From Oopsacas minuta (taxonomy: Eukaryota; Animalia; Porifera), in NCBI GenBank assembly GCA_024704765.1, contig JAKMXF010000210.1:658286-722285 (forward strand): a stretch of DNA of 64,000 nucleotides. The letters are read 5' to 3'. Below the pieces are notes generated by a model. The model did no database searches. It worked only from the letters and a program-made list of their open reading frames with translations, and had not been told where the DNA came from. Made by a program: the position numbers and the translations under genes. Below are positions 1 to 11,600 of this stretch, in pieces (the stretch's first letter is position 1; each line of letters begins with the position of its first letter).

Positions 1-8
1 TGAATATT

Positions 9-1076
9 TTAAGTGGCTTGCTCTATCATAACCCAGCTACATGTTTTGTTAGATGTAGTTGCTGCTTGCATTACTCTACTGATTGAGTTCATATGTGAAT
101 GGTTAATGACATCAATCATTTGATCTGAAACTATCTCTTTGTCTAGAGTACCAGCCAAGCAATCCATCTGTCTTAATATTCCTTCTTCAAATGGTCTGCT
201 GAATACGCCAGCTTCTGATTGAGACTCAACATCTAAAATCTTTATTTTCCCTTCTTCTCTAGATTCTTTGATTAAGTTAACTCCATCAAAACTCAACGAG
301 GCGTATTCTCCAATAACTTTAATTAGGAATCTTTCTTTGCCAGGCACATTACCAATGCATTCAACGGTAGCGAAGGTGCCACTATTAGTTTTCAGTTGTA
401 ATGAGCAGAAATCATCACTGGATATTGTACGGAATCCTTTTATCGTGTCTGTCTTCTTGAAGAATGTACACAATCTGCAACAAACTTCCTTTATATTCTC
501 GTTACTAATGAACATTATTGCATCTATACAATGACTTCCAAAGCAATTCAATACTCCTCCTCCCATCATGCCTTCACACATCCAATCAAAACAAGTAGTA
601 TTAAGACCCAGAGTAGTAGGCATTTCTAATCTTATCTCAAATAGAGATAATTTTCCTAGAACTCCCTCTCCCACAACTTTCCTCATCTCTTGTACAGCTC
701 TTACCATTCTCAGTGGGTAAGATAGATACGTTTGTTTTTTCCCGAAGAAGCTAGTAATAGTAGGAGACGGAGATGTGTAGAGACTGCAGATTAAACACAG
801 TTTTTCCTTCTTACTCACTTCAATTAGTTCTCTCTCTATCAGCTTGGGAGCTGTAGCTATAAGCACCAGATTTACATCTAGATCTGAATAGATGTGTAGT
901 GGAGATAGAGCTGGATATTTGACATTATAACGTATAGATAGCATATCTGTATCTTGACTGTTGTAGCAGAATAGTGTATGAATAATATGTCCATTTCCTG
1001 TAAGAGTAGATAGCCAAGCTTCTACAAAGGATCCATCTCCTATTACCCCAATCTTCAGAGGTCTACTCCCTTTCAT
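9..1076 (-). CDS. GFOD: Gfo/Idh/MocA-family oxidoreductase (GFOD1/2-like), single exon
   Basis: N-terminal Rossmann IGVIGDG; CDWMCEGMMGGGVLNCFGSHCID and GFRTISSDDFC resemble GFOD1/2. First ATG at 1076 (ORF track starts at a TTG). Confidence 0.85.
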   Translation of the reverse strand: MKGSRPLKIGVIGDGSFVEAWLSTLTGNGHIIHTLFCYNSQDTDMLSIRYNVKYPALSPLHIYSDLDVNLVLIATAPKLIERELIEVSKKEKLCLICSLYTSPSPTITSFFGKKQTYLSYPLRMVRAVQEMRKVVGEGVLGKLSLFEIRLEMPTTLGLNTTCFDWMCEGMMGGGVLNCFGSHCIDAIMFISNENIKEVCCRLCTFFKKTDTIKGFRTISSDDFCSLQLKTNSGTFATVECIGNVPGKERFLIKVIGEYASLSFDGVNLIKESREEGKIKILDVESQSEAGVFSRPFEEGILRQMDCLAGTLDKEIVSDQMIDVINHSHMNSISRVMQAATTSNKTCSWVMIEQAT

Positions 1077-2052
1077 TACCAAATTCTATTAAATAAATAA
1101 AATTTAAACACATTTAAAGTTGCTGGGTAAGAGTTCGGAGTTAATTTCCTAATTCTTATAACCTTACTTGAAGCACTACTCCTACACTATACCTTGACCT
1201 TATGTTCTGTGAATGGTCATTCAATAATTACATAGTTTATATACAGAAGTAATTAGGGGAAATTAATGCCTTGAGTATTCTAGGCAGCTAAACAATTGCT
1301 AGGACCAGTGGCGCTATAGATTCACCTCCCGCCGAGTAATTATGTAACAAACTAACAATTAAACACTTGTACAAATTTAGCTGAGAAAAACCTGCTGTAT
1401 AATTTGTAAGTAATTTGGAATTATAGACATTCTCTATCTGCACCACCTAGCTTGACATTTCTCACTCATCCTATTATCTCTGTTGTTAGGCGAGTCCAAC
1501 AAGCAGGTTACTAGCAAATTCAAATTCTTAGCCCAATTGTCTATACTCTAATGTAGTATCTGTCCTATGACACATACATCTACATTTGCAGATATTTCCA
1601 CTTTCAACCACTAGCCCTATTCTTTGCCCATTCATTGACCTAGCTATTCATGCATCTTACATATTGAAATTTTTAAATACACTCAGATCACGCAGTAGAT
1701 AATATGATAGTAGCAATGAAGAGAAAAGCTTGAGGACATCAGTATTGGCTAGTTTCTGGCTAAGCAACATTATAATAGGCATTGCCATCAGTAGTATATT
1801 GCAGCTAAGTCAATAAATTGCTTGCATTTCTATTCTGAGTGCGTTAATAATGTAAACAAGTCTATTGGATTTATTTATTTATAAGATTTTCTATTTATTT
1901 TGACATTTCAACTGATTACACACTTTCAAACACATCTAGCAAATCTGTGAGTTTTTTTCTGTTTTTGTATTATTGGTGAATATTATTAGTATAATTTCCA
2001 ATTATCTTAATAATGAGTTCCTTCAACTTCAATTCTCTTAATACAGCACTTA

Positions 2053-5000
2053 ATGTCCTCATCACCATTGGGCACGGATTTAGACCACCCTTTCAGAAGA
2101 TTAGAAAGTCGTTACATTTCATTTGACAGAAGCGTTCACTTTAGTGAGCCTCGTTCAACCCAACACTCCGATCCTTTGAATCTGAAAATATCAGAATTGC
2201 TCGGCCCCTATAGTCAGGTATCTCCTCATCTCCTCTCAGAGCTAAAAGACAGTAAGTTTACTAAATCTTATGACTTTAATTACTGAATTGTATTCCTATA
2301 TTTCTTCCCTAGGTCCAGATAGTCTGTTTGGCATTGAACCGTTGAATACTATTTCACCAAAACATCAAAGACAGAGACCTTCATCTTCAGGTACCTACCT
2401 ATGCCTTATTCAGTATACACGTAATACTCTAATCCTTTAATCTCTCCAATCTTCCACTAGCACTAGCTGCTACTGGGTTAATTAATAGTTACCTCTAATT
2501 ACATCAAAGAATAGCTCCTGCTTAAAATATTTGGAACTATATTTGCATAAAGAAGTTACAAATATCTCCTAATATGCTCGATGCTAGATTTCACTTTGTC
2601 ATTATCTTGTCCTTGCTTCCTAATATATATTCATACGAACATTCCTGTACTAATCTCGTTTGTATCTCAACTCATAACACTTCCATCTTGCTAGTTTAGT
2701 TCTAGAGATTAGCATAATGCATAATACTGTATCTCAGAACTTTAGACAGCCCTCTGTTCTTTACTTGTAATTGTAGTTTCATTATTGCCCAATGTAATTA
2801 CTTATGCCAGTTTTCAATATGACTACATTAGCTTGTCATATAATTATGTAAATCGAGCACAAGCAACTTGCACTTACGACTGATGTAACCACCTGATAGC
2901 ATCTGGAAATCTTATTATGTTTACTAACACGCAGAACTTTCCTAGGAATACTTAGAATATAGATTTAACTCAGTTTATCAGTAATAAATTTATAATCTCT
3001 CATAACTACCACCTGTGTAACCTTTATTTCTTCAAAATGTGAACTCAAAAAACACAACACAATTAAGAGCATTTTGCATTTTCGCTAACGTGAACTATCC
3101 CCATTTCTAAATTTTATGCTTATGGCCTGTTTGTGATAATCAAGTATAAATAGATGACCATTTGATGACTGAGAAATTTATCATTCTTATTCTTAGATCA
3201 AAAGCTAGGCAAAATGATGGGCCAAAGCTCGAGGCCTGTCTCCCCCCCGGGGAAGAAACACACCCCCAGACAACCCTTTAACCCAGCCGTACAAAGACCC
3301 AACCAAATAAATAAGCACCTAAAACCGCAAAAAAATCCAGAGAACAAACCTCGGCCAATTAACCCATACCCATTGCATAATTCAGGTAAACATGGATCAC
3401 GTACATTTCTTTCCAGTTCCAGTCCTAACACTAATTCACATACACACAAGAACGGTTCAATCAGTAGGAAGACTAAGTACGATACTCCAACCACTCTGCA
3501 GGATAGCAGTACTGATATTAAGATGAAGAAGCCTATAAACAACACAGCTCCTATGTTCCCTAAGAGACCGGATAAAGTCAGGAAAGAAGAACACAACATG
3601 AACTCTAAGAAACTTCTTCATTCTGATACAGTCAATAGCTCTAGACCTGTGAATGGAGAACATCTGGATTTCTCTCAAAAGATATCTCCCAAAGAAGATA
3701 CTAAAACAGCTACAATCCTTCCGGCACGTGTCTTAAAGCCTCCTAGTGACAAACCTCGTCCCCCTACCAACAAGAATCCTGAAGAGTTCACTTCTAAGAA
3801 CAACCAAGTTCCTAATCTAGACCTATCATTATCTTTAAATAGGTCGAATTTACATGACGATAGTTTCAATGACATATTCGCTATTGGTAAGATTATTTTA
3901 TTATTCTTATTAGTGATAATGCTTATCTAAAATCGTATGGTGTGTCTAGGGATGGAGCCTCTCCCCACCCCCCTCACTGAGATACAGACACCAGTTGGTA
4001 ACAAGAAGTTCCTAGCTTTCCTTTCTAACCAGACTAAACCACGTTTAGATCTACCGCAGCAAAAAGAAGCTAATTCTAATCGTTTGTTTACTGAGAAAGT
4101 AGTAGAGCAGAATAGCTCTGATTCAGAGGATAGCTCAGACAGTGATTCAGAGCATGAACACAATCATGATCAGGGGACAACTAGTAGCAGACGTGGTGAT
4201 GTAAGTATATTATTATTATTTATTTGAGGAGAGAGAGAGAGAGAGAGAGCACGGCATTGATTAGCTAGTTTCTGTTGTGTAGAACTTTCTAGACATTATT
4301 GTGAGTTCAGATTCTGAGAGCAGTGATTCCTCACCGATTCAAGCCCCCTCTTACACCAACACAGAGGACATATTCATGTCTATTCCTCCAAAAAGAGTGG
4401 ATATGATAACTGAGCCAGCTCCTGTACACAACAGAGGTTGGGAGTCTAGTCCTTCTTCTGACAGCTCCAATGGAGATAGCAATATCCACTCTTGGAATAA
4501 AATGAATATTACATCTAATCACAAGTAAGGCTATTAGATTCCCTCTTCCCTTTATTTGCTGTGTATTTCATCTACTGGTACAAAATTGCTCCTTTGAATA
4601 TATTCAAGTTGCAAGACAGTCTTTTAATCGCTAATTACTGCGTACATTATTCTAAATAATTAATATACCTAATCTTACTCCTGAGTGTAGCTACGTATCA
4701 CATGTACCTAAATATTTACAAGTATTTCATTAATTGGTCTCTTTCTGTTTCAGAACTGAGTGCCCTTATTGGGACTCTCATCGTTCTACCTCTCCTCCTC
4801 GTGACTTGAATCCTCGTCTCAATGCCACCTCAGAACCAGTCATGCATCTCAAAAGCTCAATGGTAAGATAATCATATATGTGTATACATGCTGTAATATA
4901 TGATAATTTATACGCCTCAGCTAATCATTACAGACAAATTTAATAATTATCTGCGTAATTCTATAAACAAGCAATCTTTGTTTACTACAACAACAAGATC

Positions 5001-6513
5001 TAATTTGATCTAGTATAATTTTATGACTGTACACAACTATATTGTTACAAGACAACATTGAAAAGAATAACTACACTATTGTGTTATATCATAAACAATA
5101 CACACTACAGAGTTTAGTATATTGTTTGTTCTACAGCCACGGAGTAGAGAGATGTCTCATGATTCCGATTCAAATTCCCCGAAACGATTGAAGATTTCAA
5201 TCTCCTTAGATAAGATTGCAATACTTGACAAGGTCAAGCCTCTAATTGTTAGCTTCCCTAGAGTGAAAATCTCTCTCCCTGGAGATAAGCCCCCTGAGAG
5301 TAGCAAGCAGATGGCACGTGTTCAACCTATCCAGAGACTTCCTGACTCTGGAAAGGATATGTCTATTCCTCCAACTTATAGCTGTCCACATAGGTAACTA
5401 ATGAACATACTAAGCACATAACCTCTTTATTTATTTAAGTTATATCAAATATTTGTATCTTGTATTACAAACATATAAAGATGCTAATCTTATTCTATAT
5501 AGAGTAGCAGAAGTACAGCCTCAGAAAAAGATACCTCACAAAGGTGCTCGAAACATGATCAATTCTCCAGATATGTCCTGGCACATGGATGCCTGCTATG
5601 AACCCCCTGTCTCTAGTACTATGATCCCACCCACTCAAAGCTCTGCTGATGACAGATGGGGTACCAGCAGTCACACTGGCGTATCGTATCCCTCTAAAAT
5701 AGCACGTCCCTCTACCTCTCATGACTATCTCACGGTTAGTATTACGATTATATTCACCAGATTTGTTGTTTTAGCTAGATACTTTTTAGGAGGCTAAAGG
5801 TCTGAAACATCAAGCAGACCATTTCAAATGTAGCTACAAGAAAGCGCTATTCTACTGTGAAGCAGCACTCAGCTTCATGCTATACGGAGATCAGCTGGAG
5901 GACAAGACTGAGGCTATTCCTACTTACTCAGATACATTTGATCTGCTAGAGTTTGTATTGAGACCTGCTAGCAGTAGCGGGGGTGGACTAGGATTCTCTA
6001 GCTCTAAACAAAGTCCTCAGCTGATTACTATCTGTATGAGATGTCAAGCAGTTATTCTCAATAGAATATTCGTTATTAAGCAGGATTCATTAAGGAGCAC
6101 ACACAAGGAGCTACACGAGTTCTTTAGCGTTTATAAATCGGACACCAAAGCTAAGACCCCTCTGTCAAACAAATCTCCATATGCCTCTTCCTGGTCTCCC
6201 ACTAACATGGTACAAGTTCCCCAGAAGATCGCTACTATGAACTCGGACTATCTCCAGGTAATTATTGACTATATAGATAACTACCATGCTGATGTGCTAG
6301 TGTAATTTATCCTGCTTTATTCAGGTTCTGGAGTATCAATTCAATAGCTTAGAGTTATGGAACAAATCACAACTATACGAAGACGATGTACTTCCATTTA
6401 TTCAAAGCCTCAACAACTCTGTTGGCAAATCAGTAGAGATTTACAGCTCCATTAAAGATATTACGACTTGGTGTAAAACCGGTTTACATTGGTTAAGGAA
6501 AGATCAGACGTGA
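2053..6513 (+). CDS. AFF: AF4/FMR2 family (AFF/lilliputian) super-elongation-complex scaffold, 10 exons, about 904 aa
   Basis: Hand-spliced exons 2053-2251, 2313-2390, 3197-3886, 3950-4200, 4283-4524, 4754-4862, 5137-5393, 5503-5734, 5790-6257, 6325-6513, all GT-AG with consistent phase (2715 nt). Motifs: FSEP..DPLNLKISELLGPY (cyclin T-binding N-terminus), PTPLTEIQTP (cf. PPPLTAIHTP), DYLT-EAKGLKHQAD..KALFYCEAALSF, MRCQAVI, QVPQKI, GLHWLR (C-terminal homology domain). Confidence 0.88.
4229..4248 (+). repeat. (GA)10 microsatellite in AFF intron 4
   Basis: Uninterrupted gagaga run seen directly. Confidence 0.9.
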
Positions 6514-7069
6514 CTTGTGATGTGACTGTGTACATATCCTTATTTTTAAAGCATCCTATTACAACCCTAACCTCTTTTGACGCTTTTAAATATATCAACT
6601 CGCTCCAGATATTGTATATTAATTGACCTGCCTAATTTTACTATTTTTACTCATCACTCATGAATCTTCCTCGCCCAATCAATAGCCCTTATTAATAAAT
6701 ATCGCATTTGTCGCACTCTATATGCTGGCATAGAATATATATATATATTGTATATTACAATTCTTGTGAACGCAAGAACATTTAGAAATCCTCTTGTTAT
6801 TCTTATCATTATTAATTATTTAGAAATACACCTTGTTTCAATTATTTGTTATATCGTAAGGGGTGGGACATGGTTCATGAGTACCTCTATTGAGACTTTA
6901 CATTATACCCATGATGACCATACATGGTGAACTATAAGCATTATCAGCGATTATATTATGGGAAATTGAGGGGATTTGTATCTCCTTACAAGGCATTAAT
7001 TATTCTATAATTACAATTAGCAATTAGTAATCATAATCACAACTTTATAACATCTAACAGATATTTATC

Positions 7070-7672
7070 ATGCGATATTATTTGCTACTATGCTTGCTAT
7101 GTGTACTGACCTATCGAGTCTTATCACATTCGTGTAATTCTGCTCAACAATGTACAGCTACATCCTTAGTACAAAACAGCTTTCTTGTTCAATGTATTGA
7201 TAATCAATGCGTTTGCGAGAGCGATTGTTTCTTCTATGATTTTTATGTTAGAGGCAACATAACAGACACTTGTATCATAAATTCAGTCTGCTACTCATAT
7301 TCCTCAGAGAATGATACCTGTTATCTTATCACTAAGTCTGCTAACAGTGCTGTCATATACGCACTATTCCTCGGCTATGTGGGTGGTGCTAACTATTATA
7401 TAGGTCGTTATGATCAAGCAATAATACAAACTATATTATTTCTTATTTTAGTCCCATTCTCTCTACTGTTATGTGCTCTTAACGTTTATTGTTGTAGAGG
7501 TCACAAACGAAGATCCTCTTTAACTATTCGTTGGTTTATCTGTAATTGTATCGGGGTAGTTATTGTTGTGCTACTGAGTGTAGTACTGTTCATTTGGTGG
7601 ATTGTGGATATATTTCTGTTTGCTAACAATATGAAGCTGGACGGCAATCAATGCTCTCTCTCAGTCAGCTGA
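7070..7672 (+). CDS. TM2-domain membrane protein with signal peptide and Cys-rich ectodomain
   Basis: Hydrophobic N-terminus, Cys-rich region, LFLGYVGGANYYIG and WWIVDIFLF TM2 motifs. Confidence 0.8.
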   Translation: MRYYLLLCLLCVLTYRVLSHSCNSAQQCTATSLVQNSFLVQCIDNQCVCESDCFFYDFYVRGNITDTCIINSVCYSYSSENDTCYLITKSANSAVIYALFLGYVGGANYYIGRYDQAIIQTILFLILVPFSLLLCALNVYCCRGHKRRSSLTIRWFICNCIGVVIVVLLSVVLFIWWIVDIFLFANNMKLDGNQCSLSVS

Positions 7673-7927
7673 GAGCCCTGTTATTTTTGAAGCAACTCTA
7701 GTAATATTTGTGATAATACGTATATATTGTTTTGCTCTGTAATTATACAGTATTAGTAGCAGCGGAATAAGAAGCCATAATTAATAGTATCACTATATAA
7801 CTTGCTATGTCATTTGCTTAGTCATTTTGCTGACTGTAATAATAATAATACATCAAAGGAAGCTGTATATAATTATAACATATAGAGGAAATTTATGGCA
7901 TAATATTATATCCGTCAATAGCTTGAC

Positions 7928-8509
7928 ATGTCAATTGACACATCTCCTAACCTTATGACAGAATCAGCATCTACTCAACCTCCAGAAGATGCCGCTACCT
8001 TAGAGATCAAACAGAAGATGTTGTCAAACTTCTCAGTGTTTGATCACGAGAATACCAAGACTGTAGATGTTAGTGAGGTGAGGGCTATCGTAGCCTCTCT
8101 GGAGCTGTACCCCACTCAGACAGAGCTACACGATCTGATAACTGAGATGGAGGAGGAGGAACCTACTGGTTACATACGGTATGATAGGTTTGAACCAGTA
8201 AGTGCATTAGCCATATAAATGATTGGGTAATATACTTATAGTGTATTATAGGTAGTGTTTAAAGCTGTAGCAGAGAAGCGCTACTCTCCTGCTAGCGAGG
8301 AGATCTTATTGAAAGCATTCGAGACTCTAGACAGAGATAACAGAGGATATCTAACACCTGAGGATATTGAGGCTTACTTCACTGAGGGGGAAGATTCATT
8401 TTCTAAAGAAGAATTAGATGAGTTCTTACACTCAGCAATAGATCCTAATACTGGGAATATTAACTACAGAGATTTTGTACAATCAATGCTAGAACAGGAT
8501 TCTAACTAA
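7928..8509 (+). CDS. EFCAB2: EF-hand protein EFCAB2/DRC8 (dynein regulatory complex), 2 exons
   Basis: Exons 7928-8197 and 8252-8509 (54-nt GTAAGT..TAG intron). FSVFDHENTKTVDVSEV, EEEEPTGYIRYDRF, EEILLKAFETLD match DRC8. Confidence 0.88.
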
Positions 8510-8610
8510 CAGCCTAATCACTCAGTATATTACTATTAATAACTACACAATGTATAACCTTATTACTAAATGTTATTATGATATTCGTTAGCTGATTGAA
8601 ATGCTTTAGA

Positions 8611-11600
8611 ATGGATGATAAATCTCGGAGTGATAATAAGAACGATAACTTTAAAGTGGGTCTACGAGTTAGACCCCCTCTAACCAAGGAGTCCAATAGC
8701 AAAAGATGTGTGCATCTGGAGCATGGAGGTGTGTCTGTATTCAGAGGGAACCTGGGATTAGACCTGAGAGGCAGGTCTCCTCAAGCTCTCATTGACGTCA
8801 CTGACTTAGCAAATCTACAACCTGACCCTAAGCCTCAGACATTCTTCTATGATAGTTTGTTTGATATAACAGCATTACAGGTATAATAACCGCTATATTA
8901 TAGCTATACTAGTGTTATCTATTATTAATTGTAGGAAGAAGTGTATGATACTTGTGCTCAGCCTATTGTCCTATCAGTACTGGAGGGATACAATGGTAGT
9001 GTTATAGCATACGGACAGACTGGTACTGGTAAGACACACACGATAGAAGGGACATATAGTGAGGAGGGGAGAGGCCTGATCCCTAGGTGTTCTGAGGAGA
9101 TATTTCATTTTATTCAGAATAAAGCTGACTCGGATTCTAAGTTCTTAGTAAGTTATCTAAACAAATAATAAAGAACAAACAATTCTATTATTTATTGGTG
9201 CTTTCAACTGGCTTCTTCTTGGCGGTGAGCAATACTCCCGCTACTATAACGAACACTGTAAATCCCTGAGCTGCTACACGGGCCCGCATCATCAAATTTG
9301 ACTTTCTTTGATCACCTTTAACGAACTGATATAATCCATAAGAAAGTGCTGCTACTGTCAGTCCACATCCCAGAGGTACGAAGGGGTTTTCCTTGAGTTT
9401 CCTCCAGAGCTTCTCTCTCCTGGTCTCGGGTCCTGAGTAGATATATTCAGACAGCTGATCAGCAGTTATCTTATCTGAACTCATAGCTAAATAATAAATA
9501 GAAATTAGTTTATCAACCATAGATAAGAACTATAAATTATAGGTACGGGTCTCCTTCTTGGAAATTTATAACGAGCGTCTATTTGACCTACTGGATCCAT
9601 CTCATGAAAAGCTACGAGTACGCGAGGACGGCTCCAGCTGTACGTTTGTAGAGGGACTGAGTGAACACGTGGTTAAAGGGACCATGGATGTGAACAGACT
9701 TCTCAGGAAGGGATCAACAGCTCGTATAACAGATGGTTCTAAAATGAACAAAGAGAGTAGTCGCAGTCATGCTGTATTCACAATAGTGATAGAGCGATCT
9801 GGCGGATCATACAGGAGTAGAGTAACTATTGGGAAATTACGCTTGGTTGATTTAGCTGGCTCTGAGAGGTGAGAATTGCCGCGAAATAACGCATAGTAAT
9901 TCAGTTAATTCCCTCCTAATAGATTTGATATAGAAGCAAAAGACAAACATTTAACAGAGACTAAGAACATCAATACATCTCTCACAACATTCGGTAAAGT
10001 AGTTCTAGCCCTGACTAGCTCTGGATATCACTCCTACATACCGTACAGAGACAGTAAGCTGACTAGGATCCTACAGGACTCCCTGGGTGGTAACAGCAAG
10101 GCCTTCTTAGTATGTACAGTCAGTCCTATGACAGATTGCTATCTGGAGACCTTAAGTACTCTAAAATTCGCTCAGCGAGCTAAACATATACAGAATAAAG
10201 CTATTGTGAATCAGGACTTTACGAAGAAGGCAATGCTCTCTGCCTACGAGAAGGAGATAGCTCGTCTACACAAGGAACTGATCGAGAGCAGAGAGGGATG
10301 GGTATCTGCTGGGGAGTTAGAGAGAGTTAAAGAGGAGAAAGAGAGAGTTGAGTTAGAAAGAGAGGAGGTTATGCATATGCTGGCTAGACAGAACGAGCAG
10401 AGTAATCTGAAGGAAGATGAGAGAGAGAGTCTTGAGAAAAAGATACAGGAATTAGAGCTTCTTGTACTTAAGGTAATATATATCATATAATATAATATAT
10501 TATTAGTTAAATATTCTTGTTCAGGGTGGTGATAAGTCTAAAGGGTCGTTAATAACTCCTGAAAGAGAGCTAGTCGATCAGAGACAAGCTCTAGAAGCAG
10601 AAAGGAAGAGATTAGAGGACGAGAGGATAGCATTTAAGCAAGAGAAAGATTCTTTCTTGAGAGCAAGAACAGCTCCTGACGGACAGACGGGATCTGATGA
10701 GGAAAATACCGACATGACGTCACCATATCGTCGACGTGCTGGCAGTATAAGTTCATCAATCAGTTCATTACGTACTGGTCAGAACACACCAATTATGAGA
10801 CAGTCTAGATGGTCTCAAAACTACGCGTCTATGTATCCAGCTGGTCCTGTAATAGGTAGGAGTCACCAAGGATGGGTAGGATATCCTGTAAGTTATCATT
10901 AATGCTTATACATTACTCATTCTATTGATTATTAACTTTATAGCAGCAAAGAAGCTCTGTAACAGCTCTCTTAGACGCATCGTACAGGAAGTCTCTTATC
11001 ACATACGTCACTGCTCTGGCTAATCCTAAGACAGGAATTCCGTGTAAACAGTTCGATAATGGTTTGTCTGTGTTCTCAGGCAGTCATGCAGTCAAATGGT
11101 TCATGGATAATATGGATGGAGTAGGTAGTGTAAATGCTGCTGCTGACGTAGGACAGAAGTTAATGAATCTACAGGTAATATCCCTGTTCCATTAATTCAT
11201 AAATAATTATTACTTATAACAATTGTATAGGTGTTTATTAGCATGGACGGGACTCTACACTTCCTTCCTTCAGACACCAATTACTACAGATTCTCTCCTG
11301 AGTATATTCCTATTCATTCATCCTATCCTAGCAGAGAGAGTATACACTCAATAGACAGACCTATCTCCTCAGCTGTTCCTTCTATCAGGTCTAATAAATC
11401 CAGGAGCTTATCACCTGAATCCTATCCTCTGTCAAATATGACATCTGACAACCTATCAACTAACACATACAGTCTCTTGTCTGATACGTCTTCTATTAGT
11501 AGTTACTCCTCCATGTCCTCAGCTACCAGGATACCTCTAATTGACAGACTGGGTTGGTCTAGTGCCTCTCTTCTACACATGACAGCTTCTCAAGTAAGTA

